From the NCBI GenBank assembly GCA_963804165.1, contig CAWDPO010000034.1:32001-96000 (forward strand): a stretch of 64,000 nucleotides of DNA, given 5' to 3'. The position numbers and the translations under genes are program-made. This DNA is from an uncultured delta proteobacterium. Lineage in GTDB: Bacteria; Desulfobacterota; Binatia; UBA9968. Under the pieces are notes generated by a model. The model saw only the letters and a list, made by a program, of their open reading frames with translations, searched no databases and was not told the origin of the DNA. Within the stretch, counting starts at the first letter, position 1, and every line of letters starts with the position of its first letter. This document shows, one piece after another, positions 1 to 8,851 of this stretch.

Positions 1-357
1 TATGCGACTAGAGCCATACTCCCTGTCTGCCTGCTCAGTCATACAAACATCATCACATACTTATTGCTACCTCGGGCGGCAATCAATGATGGATTATTCA
101 TACGATCTTCGTTCTGTGCACGCCCCCCACCCTGCCGGCCCGCCTGCCTGGGCGCTCTGCAGGCAGATGTACAGTCACTTCCTCGAAACTCATTAAGGGC
201 TTAGGTGAGTCTTCTAAGCTCCTATCGCCCGACGACAGGCCTAGCCCTTTTCTCCCATAGACCAACATATAGCATATCCCATTCCTGATCTCTATTTCCA
301 CTGCCACGGCTAGAGCTATGTTCTACGGAGTCGTTCAATAGTAGAGAATAAGCTTAA

Positions 358-735
358 ATGAGCACCAATACCGTGACCCGATTTTCAAACCAGAGATACC
401 TCAACATGGAAACCTACAGGAAAACAGGCAAGCCCGTGGCGACTCCGGTATGGTTTGCCGAAGAAAACGGCACGGTGTACATATACTCGCTCGCTAACGC
501 AGGCAAGGTGAAAAGGATACGTAATAATCCAAAGGTCCGAATAGTGCCCTGCGATATGCTTGGCAAACCAAAGGGTGAATGGGTCGAAGCGAAGGCGCGG
601 ATACTCGATGAAGGAGGAGCCACGCTGGGGCATAAGCTTTTGAATAAGAGGTATGGCTGGATGAAAAGAATAGGAGATGCCTTCAGTAAGCTGAGGCGAA
701 GACAGAAAGTGGTAATCGCAATGGATATTATCTGA
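358..735 (+). CDS. PPOX-class (pyridoxamine 5'-phosphate oxidase-like, putative F420-dependent) oxidoreductase, cassette
   Basis: YLNMETYRKTGKPVATPVWF and GKVKRIRNNPKV motifs; followed by attC. Confidence 0.85.
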   Translation: MSTNTVTRFSNQRYLNMETYRKTGKPVATPVWFAEENGTVYIYSLANAGKVKRIRNNPKVRIVPCDMLGKPKGEWVEAKARILDEGGATLGHKLLNKRYGWMKRIGDAFSKLRRRQKVVIAMDII

Positions 736-769
736 GAAGTTCTTGGGCGAAATAGCCTGCTCGAACTGT

Positions 770-842
770 GCTTAACAGATCGTTGCACGCGAGCGGTTCA
801 TCGCAGCACTCTTCGCCGCCGCGTGAACTCTGGTTGTTAGAC
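770..842 (+). other. attC site (73 bp)
   Basis: R'' GCTTAAC 770-776, L'' TT(G)CACGCG pairing with L' CGCGTGAA leaving an extrahelical G, R' GTTAGAC 836-842. Confidence 0.9.
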
Positions 843-868
843 GGTCGAAAGTCAGGAGGATGCCGAGG

Positions 869-1729
869 ATGGATCCGATCAGACGCAAAATACTGAAAAC
901 GAGCGCCGCAGCAACGGTGACAGCCGCAGCGCGGCGAGTGTTTGGTCAGCAGACTGGACAAGGAGGAGCTGCCATGTCGTTCTACGAAAAAGGCCCCGTT
1001 CGCATCCAATATCAGGAGGCTGGTTCCGGCTTCCCGTTGTTGCTTATCCCCGGTGGGGGATTAAACTCAACGATCGCCGGCTTGAAACGCGGCGGACCGT
1101 TTAATGCAATCGAGGAGTTCAAGGGAGAGTACCGCTGCATCTTCTCGGACATGCGCAACGCCAATAGCGGCCAGTCCTCCGGCCCGCTCGAGATCGATCG
1201 GCCCTGGGATGCCTATACCGATGACCATATCGGTGTGATGGATCACTTGGCAATCGACAAGTTCATGGTGATGGGCTTCTGCATCGGTGGTCCCTTGATT
1301 TGGAACCTTCTGAAGCGGGCGCCCGATCGTATCGTCGCAGCCGTGCTGGCGCAGCCCAGCGGATTCCGGCCGGAGTTGCCCAACCACTCGTACGAGAACA
1401 ACATCAAGGGCTGGGGCCCCGATCTGGTAAAGCGCCGGCCCGACATCACAATGGAGATGGTCGACAAATTTCTGAACAAGATGTACCGCACCAAGCCCGA
1501 CTTCGTCTGGACCGTAACACGCGATTTCGTGCGCAATTGCCGGACGCCCGTACTGATCCTACCGGATGATATCCCGCCGCATCCGTACGCCGTCGCCATG
1601 GAGGCCGCGATGCTCGCGCCCAAGGCGGAAGTGAGCATGTTCCCGTGGAAGGAACCGAAGGAGCGGATTCCCCTGGCGGTGCGCCAGATACGTTCCTTCC
1701 TCCGAGCGCATCGGCCCGGTTCTGTTTAG
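869..1729 (+). CDS. Alpha/beta hydrolase with twin-arginine-like leader, cassette
   Basis: LLIPGGG oxyanion motif, GFCIGG nucleophile elbow, RRKILK leader; AGGAGG at 854-859 favours ATG 869. Confidence 0.85.
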   Translation: MDPIRRKILKTSAAATVTAAARRVFGQQTGQGGAAMSFYEKGPVRIQYQEAGSGFPLLLIPGGGLNSTIAGLKRGGPFNAIEEFKGEYRCIFSDMRNANSGQSSGPLEIDRPWDAYTDDHIGVMDHLAIDKFMVMGFCIGGPLIWNLLKRAPDRIVAAVLAQPSGFRPELPNHSYENNIKGWGPDLVKRRPDITMEMVDKFLNKMYRTKPDFVWTVTRDFVRNCRTPVLILPDDIPPHPYAVAMEAAMLAPKAEVSMFPWKEPKERIPLAVRQIRSFLRAHRPGSV

Positions 1730-1790
1730 ACGGCGGTGTCAATACCACAAGGCCGTTGATCCTGGTGACCGCGTGAAACATTGCTTAGAT

Positions 1791-1865
1791 GCCTAACACC
1801 ACGTTCGAGCGGACCGTAAGCATCGTTGGCCGTACCTGTTCGGCCACGAACGCGGTCGTTTAGGC
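1791..1865 (+). other. Degenerate attC site
   Basis: R'' GCCTAAC 1791-1797, L''-like TTCGAGCGG, R'-like GTTTAGGC 1858-1865; L' missing. Confidence 0.6.
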
Positions 1866-1970
1866 ACCGAAAACAATCAGCGCGAGACTAGAGTGGGGGA
1901 TTCAAAACTGAAATGAGATTTGCAATGCGCGGCGTAATCGGGCGTTTAGGCGGAGAGGAGGTAGTTTAGA

Positions 1971-2255
1971 ATGCACCGGGTTATTCTTCCGTTATTCGTC
2001 ATCATGGCCCTTCTTGGGATCGTTATCGCCGTGTGGGCGGGACTCGGAGATTCATCCGTGATCGCCGGAACAGGAGGCATCCACGAAGTCCTGCGGGCTC
2101 ATGGCATAGCCGAGAACGTTGCGCTCCGTAACGATTTGTACGACGCGATGCTTCGTCTGAAATGGCCATGGGCGGTTGCTCAGTGGTTGGGCATTGGGGT
2201 GGTTGTTGTATCGGTAATCGGAATAGCAGTCGTGTGGCGGCGTCGCCCAGCCTAA
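1971..2255 (+). CDS. Hypothetical two-TM membrane protein, cassette
   Basis: GAGGAGG SD, two hydrophobic segments, stop codon inside GCCTAAC (R'' box). Confidence 0.7.
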   Translation: MHRVILPLFVIMALLGIVIAVWAGLGDSSVIAGTGGIHEVLRAHGIAENVALRNDLYDAMLRLKWPWAVAQWLGIGVVVVSVIGIAVVWRRRPA

Positions 2256-2266
2256 CAAGGGCAAAA

Positions 2267-2667
2267 ATGAAAAAACAAATAGTGGTCCTATGCTTGCTGA
2301 ATATGATCTTCTCTGTTTGTGCCTATTCGCAATCTGAACCGTCTAAGCCCAAGTCAGAGAAATGGTTCAGACTCGAACCAAACAATGTTTATGTTGAGGA
2401 TCTTTTACTGAAACCGAGTGAGACAAAAGAGATTGAGATTTCTACGGAGGAGCCTCTTTCGGTGGGCTTACGGACAGATGTGAGTTTGGATCTGAAAAAA
2501 GGAAAAAATATGTTTGGCTTACACAAAAGGGGACGGAGTATTCAATTGGAACTTTGATAGGGGCTTCAAGGGTCTTCAACCCTACCGGTGGAAAATTAAC
2601 CCTTGTGGTAAAAAATGAAACGGATACCGCCCTCCGAGTTGTCATCTTCAAAAAACCCAAGAAATGA
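2267..2667 (+). pseudogene. Hypothetical secreted protein with frameshift in A-run near 2500
   Basis: Signal peptide MKKQIVVLCLL; continues in another frame to ...KKPKK-TGA 2667, directly followed by ATCTAAC. Confidence 0.6.
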
Positions 2668-2746
2668 ATCTAACCCCAATTGATAAATCTTCGGGTTGAC
2701 GGCCCTCGATAAAGCGGTCTTGCGTCTACTCACCCAAACGTTATTG
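2668..2746 (+). other. Highly degenerate attC site
   Basis: R'' ATCTAAC 2668-2674 right after the stop; GTTATTG 2740-2746 before next ORF; weak internal pairing. Confidence 0.4.
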
Positions 2747-2761
2747 TCCTGACCACTTCGC

Positions 2762-3793
2762 ATGAGCATACTTTCACCAAACGCCAACGAGATAGCAGCG
2801 CTCGCCCAAGAGGAGAGGGCAAAGGAGATCCAATTTGCCGAACCTCCGTCCCGAGCTGCACTTGAAACGTTGGAGCGTGATATATTACGTCACCGTTCTG
2901 ACTTTGAAGTTCGCTTCTACGGTTTTTACAAGACGACGTGCGATCTCCGAATGCTGCAGTATATTCCATCAGTGAAGAGGCTTGTTGTGAACTGCTTGAG
3001 TGGAGAGGTCGACGGGGTCGATGAGATTGGACGGCTTAAAAACCTTCTAAACTTAACGATTGGAATCCAATGTTTGAACAATTTTACTTTCCTCGAAGGA
3101 CTGCCTCCTTCGTTAAAGGTTCTCTACCTCGAAGAGGCTAAAAGTAAGACTTTGAGTTTAAAACCCCTCCGACGTTTTCAGAAACTTCGGCGACTTTATA
3201 TTGAGCGACATCATAAAGACCTCAACGTGGTAAGTGAACTTGGGAATCTTGAGGAGCTGGTACTCCGATCTATTACGGTACCTTCTCTGTCGTTCTTGAG
3301 CAGTCTTCAGAAGCTGCGCCTCTTGGACCTAAAGTTGGGCGGTACAAAGAATCTCGATGTTCTCGGAGACTTAGCCAACCTGAAGCAACTTGAAATTTGG
3401 CAGGTCAGCAAATTAACCAATCTCGACGATGTCGTAGAGGCAAAGAATTTGCGTGTTCTCTACTTGCAAGATCTTCCGAATGTGACCCAGCTCCCTTCGT
3501 TTGCGCCCATGAAAGAACTGAGAGAGGTACATTTTAATCATCTTAAGGGCCTCAAAAATATTGTCCCCGTCACCGAAGCTCCTCGGCTCGAGTGGCTCAC
3601 GCTAACCTCCGCTCCCCACTGCTCAGCAGAAATATTTAAACCGTTTCTTAGGCACCCGACTCTCAAGCGAGTAAGCGTCGGGCTTGGGAATTTCCGTAAG
3701 AACCGAGACGTGCGAGCACTCTTTGCCGGATCTAAGGTGTCTGTTGACGGCGGGTTCGGGGAGAATAAGCTTGGCTCAGAAGATAACCAATGA
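2762..3793 (+). CDS. Leucine-rich repeat protein, cassette
   Basis: About 10 LxxLxxLxL repeats of ~22 aa; 3' end overlaps an attC. Confidence 0.85.
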   Translation: MSILSPNANEIAALAQEERAKEIQFAEPPSRAALETLERDILRHRSDFEVRFYGFYKTTCDLRMLQYIPSVKRLVVNCLSGEVDGVDEIGRLKNLLNLTIGIQCLNNFTFLEGLPPSLKVLYLEEAKSKTLSLKPLRRFQKLRRLYIERHHKDLNVVSELGNLEELVLRSITVPSLSFLSSLQKLRLLDLKLGGTKNLDVLGDLANLKQLEIWQVSKLTNLDDVVEAKNLRVLYLQDLPNVTQLPSFAPMKELREVHFNHLKGLKNIVPVTEAPRLEWLTLTSAPHCSAEIFKPFLRHPTLKRVSVGLGNFRKNRDVRALFAGSKVSVDGGFGENKLGSEDNQ

Positions 3794-3874
3794 TTGCACG
3801 AGATTTCGCGCCTTGGACGGTTCGGGTTGATTGAGGTCCATCGTAGCACGAAACTCGTGATCCAAGCGTTAGGC
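3781..3874 (+). other. attC site (94 bp)
   Basis: AGATAAC 3781-3787, TT(G)CACGAGATTTCG pairing with CGAAACTCGTGA, GTTAGGC 3868-3874. Confidence 0.8.
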
Positions 3875-3888
3875 CGCATCTGTACGCC

Positions 3889-4041
3889 ATGACAACCGAC
3901 GACGCCATCAAATTCCTGCAAGCGCACCCGCAGATTCCTGCGGAGCGCCGGAGCGATAGAGTATCTTCGCGAGCGCGCCGCGCGCGAGACAGACCTTCGG
4001 ACCCGCTCGCAAAGCTCGCGGGCCATGGCTTCTCAGCCTAA
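3889..4041 (+). pseudogene. 50-codon cassette ORF remnant
   Basis: ATG 14 nt after R' box; TAA lies in GCCTAAAC; below ORF-track length cutoff. Confidence 0.4.
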
Positions 4042-4050
4042 ACGTTAGGC
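4036..4050 (+). other. Collapsed attC (R'' fused to R')
   Basis: GCCTAAACGTTAGGC at an ORF stop, no L boxes. Confidence 0.6.
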
Positions 4051-4103
4051 GCTACGGGAGTCACGCAACAACGTATCCTTAATAGCTAGCGAGAGAACTA
4101 TCT

Positions 4104-4514
4104 ATGGCAATGAAAACCTACCAAGGCAGTTGTCATTGCGGAGCAGTTCGGTTTGAAGCGATCTTTGACATGAGAGACGGCACCAGCAAGTGTAACTGCA
4201 CTTTGTGTACCAAACAGCGTGCATGGTTCGTTTTCGTCAAACCTCCGAACTTTCGCTTGCTCTCAGATGAAGCAGGTTTGGCTGACTACCAATTCGGTGA
4301 ACGCATTCTCCATCACCAATTCTGCCGAACCTGCGGTGTGCGAGCCTTCGGTTGGGGCGATCACGAAATAATGGGTGGCCTCTGGCATTACGTGAACGTC
4401 GCATCGTTGGACAATGCCGACACGACCGAACTTGCCGAGGCCCCGGTCAAATATGTTGATGGACGGCATGACGACTACGACGGCCCGCCGCCAACTGAGA
4501 CCCGGCATCTGTAG
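4104..4514 (+). CDS. GFA family (glutathione-dependent formaldehyde-activating/CENP-V-like) protein, cassette
   Basis: GSCHCGAVRF, CNCTLC, FCRTCG zinc motifs. Confidence 0.9.
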   Translation: MAMKTYQGSCHCGAVRFEAIFDMRDGTSKCNCTLCTKQRAWFVFVKPPNFRLLSDEAGLADYQFGERILHHQFCRTCGVRAFGWGDHEIMGGLWHYVNVASLDNADTTELAEAPVKYVDGRHDDYDGPPPTETRHL

Positions 4515-4535
4515 CTTGGCGCGTACGCAGTCCGC

Positions 4536-4596
4536 GCCTAACCGTTCATTCAAGCTGAAGCCGCTTCGCGGCTCCGCTTAGGTTCAGGCGTTAGAC
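4536..4596 (+). other. attC site (61 bp, short type)
   Basis: GCCTAAC, TTCAAGC, central GCCGCTTCGCGGC hairpin, GCTTAG, GTTAGAC. Confidence 0.9.
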
Positions 4597-4602
4597 GACG
4601 AA

Positions 4603-4950
4603 ATGAGATTCTACTGATGGGTGCCACAACTGCCGAACCAGATCATCCCATAATTAGAGGCCCTATGAATATCGACTGACGGAGCTGCGCTGTGTTATCG
4701 AAGCTCCCTACGACGGAGAGCCCTTCATCGACATGGCCAAGGGATCCGCAACACGCCTCCTTCATTTCTGGTCTCCACGCGATTTTCACGTGCAAGAAGG
4801 CTTTTCTCCTGACACCTATCTTGGCCGTAAAATCCTAGATATATCACGAGACAGCTTGAGAATAGCGCAATCGAGGTCTCGTGTTTCTAGAATACACCGG
4901 GACTCATTTTCTACGCGCGTATTGTCGAGGAGATCCCAGTTTAAAATGTC
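4603..4950 (+). pseudogene. Multiply disrupted hypothetical cassette gene
   Basis: Protein-like fragments in several frames (EPDHPIIRG, LLHFWSPRDFHVQEGF, KILDIS) between two attC-like sites. Confidence 0.45.
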
Positions 4951-5033
4951 GTCTAAGCCGCGCCGGAGCCGATAGCGTGATTCAGTGGTGGATGCTTCAT
5001 TTCCAACAACGGCTCGGCGGCATAGCGATAGAT
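4951..5033 (+). other. Degenerate attC site
   Basis: GTCTAAG 4951-4957, CC(G)GAGCCG pairing with CGGCTCGG, GATAGAT 5027-5033; both core boxes mutated. Confidence 0.45.
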
Positions 5034-5050
5034 TGCCGCAAGTGGCCAGA

Positions 5051-5520
5051 ATGAACGACTACGAATTACGTTCGGCTACGAATGTCGATTGCGACGCGAT
5101 CAAGGAAGTCGTCTTCGCAGTGTTGCGAGAGTATCGACTTCAGCCTGATCCGGACGGAACGGACGCTGATCTAAACGATATCGAAACTAGCTATCTGTGC
5201 TCGGGTGGGTGCTTCGACGTACTGGTGGACTCGCGCGGAGCCATTGTTGGTTCCGTTGGGCTCTACCCGATCGACTCGGACACGTGCGAACTTCAAAGAT
5301 GTACTTGTTACAGCAAGCTCGCGGCCAAGGTCAGGGTAGGCGTCTTCTGGAACATGCGCTCGCGCGGGCTAAGGAGATCGGATTTCGACGCATGGTGCTC
5401 GAGACAGCATCCGTGCTCAAAGAAGCAATCGCCCTCTACAGACGATACGGGTTTCGGCCTTATCAACCCGCTCATCTATCCCCGCGGTGCGACGGTGCGT
5501 ACGTCCTCGATCTCTTCTGA
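5051..5520 (+). CDS. GNAT acetyltransferase, frameshifted near 5295
   Basis: N-half in ORF 4985..5635; C-half KMYLLQQARGQGQGRRLL...AIALYRRYGF in ORF 5197..5520. Confidence 0.85.
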
Positions 5521-5796
5521 AAATGCCAGGAATATGCAGGTTATGTTTTTTAGACTTGGTCCGTTGTCGAATTTGAGATTCGCCAAACGACTAACCGGTG
5601 TAGGCAGCAAAAAGGGAAATTCACTCTCCGACTAAGGAATGGAGGGGCAGAACGTCGCCTCAGGTCACCGAAAGGCCGGAAAGAATCGGACAGTAAAGGG
5701 CAAGATAAAAAACGTAATGATTTGACCGCGCAAATCCATTGTCCATCGAAAATGAACTCAGTGTAACATGCATGCAATAGACACAAGGAAAATGAC

Positions 5797-6168
5797 ATGA
5801 AGTACCTTTGCCTGGCTTACGAGGAGGAGAGCAAGCTGAATGCCCTCTCCAAGAGCGAGTGGGACAGTTTGAGAGACGAGACACTGGGCTACGTTGATGA
5901 GCTCAGAAGCAGCGGTCGCCTTATTTCGACAGAACCCCTCCAGAGCGTCCGTACTGCTGCCACAGTGCGGGTTCGCGGTGGCAAAATATCCGTTACTGAC
6001 GGCCCGTTTGCCGAGACCAAAGAGACGCTGGGCGGGTTTTTTCTGATCAATGCGAGCGATCTGAACGATGCAATTCAAATGGCCTCAAAATGGCCATCGG
6101 CACGCCTGGGAAGTATCGAGGTGCGGCCGATTGAGGCGGGATTACCGACGGCTCGCCGCTACGTGTGA
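5797..6168 (+). CDS. YciI/DGPF family protein
   Basis: VTDGPFAETKETLGGFF and IEVRP motifs. Confidence 0.9.
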   Translation: MKYLCLAYEEESKLNALSKSEWDSLRDETLGYVDELRSSGRLISTEPLQSVRTAATVRVRGGKISVTDGPFAETKETLGGFFLINASDLNDAIQMASKWPSARLGSIEVRPIEAGLPTARRYV

Positions 6169-6178
6169 AGGAGAATGA

Positions 6179-6774
6179 ATGAAAATTGACTTGTTATATG
6201 AAAAGATTGCCGCCCCTGCACAAAGGGCACTTCAGGCGTTAAACATGACTGCTACTGAAGATTTATCGAATATACAAGAAAGATGATTTCAGAGTTACAC
6301 GGAGTTGGACCAAACGCATTAAAAGTGATTGAAAGAGAAATGATTTCATTGAATATTACTTTCCTTGATGTAAATGAAGATAAAGAAATAGAAGAATCGG
6401 CCATTTTATTAGTCGATCAGTACATAAAGAGATTTCCTCAACAGACGCAATCAAAATTGAGTGAAATAAGAAAGATAATAAGGGCAGCAGCGCCGGACGC
6501 TACCGAGAAAATCTCATATCAAATACCAACATTTTATTTGTACGGCAATTTAGTTCATTTTGCTGGATATGAAAGACATATTGGTTTTTATCCAGGAGCA
6601 AGTGGTATCTCAACATACAAAAATAAATTGAAGAAATATAAGAGTGCAAAAGGGTCAGTTCAATTTCCCCTTGAAAGACCATTACCAGGAGAATTGATAA
6701 AGCGAATAGTGAAATTTCGAGTTGAAGAGAATAGGATGAAGGCATCAAAAGGAAAGAAACAATCCGGAATCTAA
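6179..6774 (+). CDS. Helix-hairpin-helix + DUF1801 (YdhG-like) protein, frameshift near 6268, AT-rich cassette
   Basis: APAQRAL...ELHGVGPNAL N-domain; EKISYQIPTF, HIGFYP, KGSVQFP C-domain; AAGGAG SD. Confidence 0.75.
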
Positions 6775-6862
6775 CAATTCGCTTCAAACGGATTCGCGAG
6801 ATTCACGGCTAAGCTTGTCTTGGGCATTAATTTTCGACGAACCGAGCGAAAGAGAGTTAGAT
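6769..6862 (+). other. Probable degenerate attC site
   Basis: ATCTAAC containing the stop codon; complementary GTTAGAT 6856-6862; partial inner pairing CGG(A)TTCG/CGAACCG. Confidence 0.55.
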
Positions 6863-7774
6863 GATGAGTCAAGCACTGAAGGGCAAAGTGGCGTTGGTCG
6901 CAGGGGCAACGCGCGGCGCGGGCCGCGGCATCGCTGTCGAACTGGGCACGGCTGGAGCAACGGTGTACGTCACTGGGCGAACGAGTGGGTCCGAGCGATC
7001 GGAAATGAACCGGCCGGAGACGATCGAAGAGACCGCGGCTCTTGTTGATGACGCCGGCGGCCGCGGGATCGCGGTGCAGGTAGACCATCTCGTGCCGGAC
7101 GAGGTGCGCGCGCTGGTGACCCGCATCGATAGGGAACAGGGCGGCCTGCACATCCTGGTGAACGACATTTGGGGCGCCACCAGGATGGAATGGAACAAAT
7201 CGGTCTGGGAATCCTCGTTGGACTATGGGCTTCGCACCCTGCGCCTGGCCGTGGATACGCATGCGATCACCAGTCACTTTGCGCTACCCCTGCTTATCAA
7301 GACACCAGGCGGTCTGGTTGTCGAGGTGACTGACGGAACCGCCGAGTACAACGCGACCCATTACCGAGTCTCCTTCTTCTACGATCTGGCTAAGGCGTCC
7401 AACCTCCGAATGGCGTTCGCGCTGGCGCACGAGTTGCGGCCGTATCGTTGCACCGCCGTTGCCGTGACTCCCGGCTGGCTGCGTTCCGAGATGATGCTGG
7501 ATGTCTACGGTGTCAGCGAAGCCAACTGGCGTGATGCCACCGCGAAGCAACCGCACTTCGTCATCACCGAAACGCCACGTTACGTCGGCCGTGCCGTCGC
7601 GCACCTTGCTGGAGATCCTGACGTTGAGCGCTGGAGCGGTCAGTCGCTATCGAGCGGCCAACTCGCAAAGGTCTATGGCTTCACTGATCTGGATGGTCCC
7701 AGCCCGATGCTTGGCGCTACGTTGTCGAGGTCCAGGATCCCGGCAAACCAGCCGATGCGACTGGATACAGGTAA
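6861..7774 (+). CDS. SDR family oxidoreductase (DHRS1-like), frameshift near 7698
   Basis: VAGATRGAGRG, YDLAK; restoring one base gives the ending DGSQPDAWRYVVEVQDPGKPADATGYR-TAA. Confidence 0.85.
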
Positions 7775-7856
7775 CCTAGCCAGCCCGAAAGCGTCTTGCA
7801 GCCGACGCGGCACGTCGCGCCGCTCTGGGCGAAGGACAAAATCGCGGAGAAGTTCA

Positions 7857-8624
7857 ATGCGCATTGCAGTGATTGGTGGCACGGGCGTCGTCGGTCGCCA
7901 CACCGTCGACTCCCTGCGGCGGGCAGGGCATGACACGGTTGTGGTTGCTCGCTCCCATGGCGTCAATGTGGCTACCGGCGAAGGTCTGAACGATGCCTTC
8001 ATCGGGGTCGAGGTGGTGATCGACGTCACCAACATCCAGGGCTCTGACGCCGAGGCGACCCGGAACTTGTTCGGTGCTGCCATGACGAACCTCTTAGCCG
8101 CCGAGCAAAAAGCGCGGGTGCGACACCACGTGCTGCTCTCCATAGTCGGCGTGGACCGCATCGAGGGCAACGCGCATTACGCCGGCAAGCGCCTTCAGGA
8201 GAAGCTCCTTTCCTCAGGTTCTGTTCCGTACACGATCCAGCGCGCTACCCAGTTCCACGAGTTCGCTGCCACGGTGGTCGGGTGGACGCGCAAGGGCGAT
8301 GTTGCCACCGTGCCGCCGCTGCTCGTGCAGCCGGTCGCAGCCAGTGATGTCGCCGACGTTCTTGCGGAGATCGCGGTGGAGGACCCGCAGGGTCGAGCCA
8401 CCGATCTTGCTGGACCGGAGCCCCAGGATCTGGTCGACATGGCCCGGCGCACGCTGTCGTCACGGGGCGAGTCGATCCGGCTGGTCCCGAGCTGGCGGAC
8501 CGGGCTCTTTGGTGTAGAGGCGGCCGGCGAGGCACTTCTGCCAGGTCCGGAGGCTCGGCTTGCACCGACTACCTTCGACGCATGGCTCAGGACGCGGAGC
8601 GCGATTGCACCGTCATCCTCATAG
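7857..8624 (+). CDS. NmrA-like/NAD(P)H-binding atypical SDR
   Basis: MRIAVIGGTGVVG, HHVLLSIVG, YAGK, RATQFHEF; own GGAG SD. Confidence 0.85.
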   Translation: MRIAVIGGTGVVGRHTVDSLRRAGHDTVVVARSHGVNVATGEGLNDAFIGVEVVIDVTNIQGSDAEATRNLFGAAMTNLLAAEQKARVRHHVLLSIVGVDRIEGNAHYAGKRLQEKLLSSGSVPYTIQRATQFHEFAATVVGWTRKGDVATVPPLLVQPVAASDVADVLAEIAVEDPQGRATDLAGPEPQDLVDMARRTLSSRGESIRLVPSWRTGLFGVEAAGEALLPGPEARLAPTTFDAWLRTRSAIAPSSS

Positions 8625-8851
8625 GGAAGAATCGCGTTTGGGTTCCCTGATAACGTGCTGGCACACTGTGGTGGCGAACTTCCTTATCGAGAGCTCGAGT
8701 GACTGTCCGGGTTTGCCTCACTCGGACGGTCATTCGAGTCTCGACGGCGCGGATGGAACGCCAAGTGATCACCGCGAGTTCCAAGCGAGTGCAGCTCGCG
8801 CGTCCGACAGCCTTTGAATTGTGTCGCGCAATGATGAATGGAGAAAGAGAA

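Noticed and set aside
1-357. Possible attI, Pc or integrase remnant
   Set aside because: No tyrosine-recombinase motifs in either short ORF and no recognisable attI.
4603-4617. Early TGA in the cassette ORF as another selenocysteine
   Set aside because: No redox motif or downstream hairpin, and the region has multiple other disruptions.
5589-5605. GACTAACCGGTGTAGGC as a second collapsed attC
   Set aside because: Both boxes deviate from consensus and it is about 70 nt from the nearest stop; could be chance.
6861-8624. 587-aa SDR-NmrA fusion in the ORF track
   Set aside because: A one-base shift near 7698 reads through the natural SDR stop (7772-7774); the second gene has its own SD and ATG at 7857.
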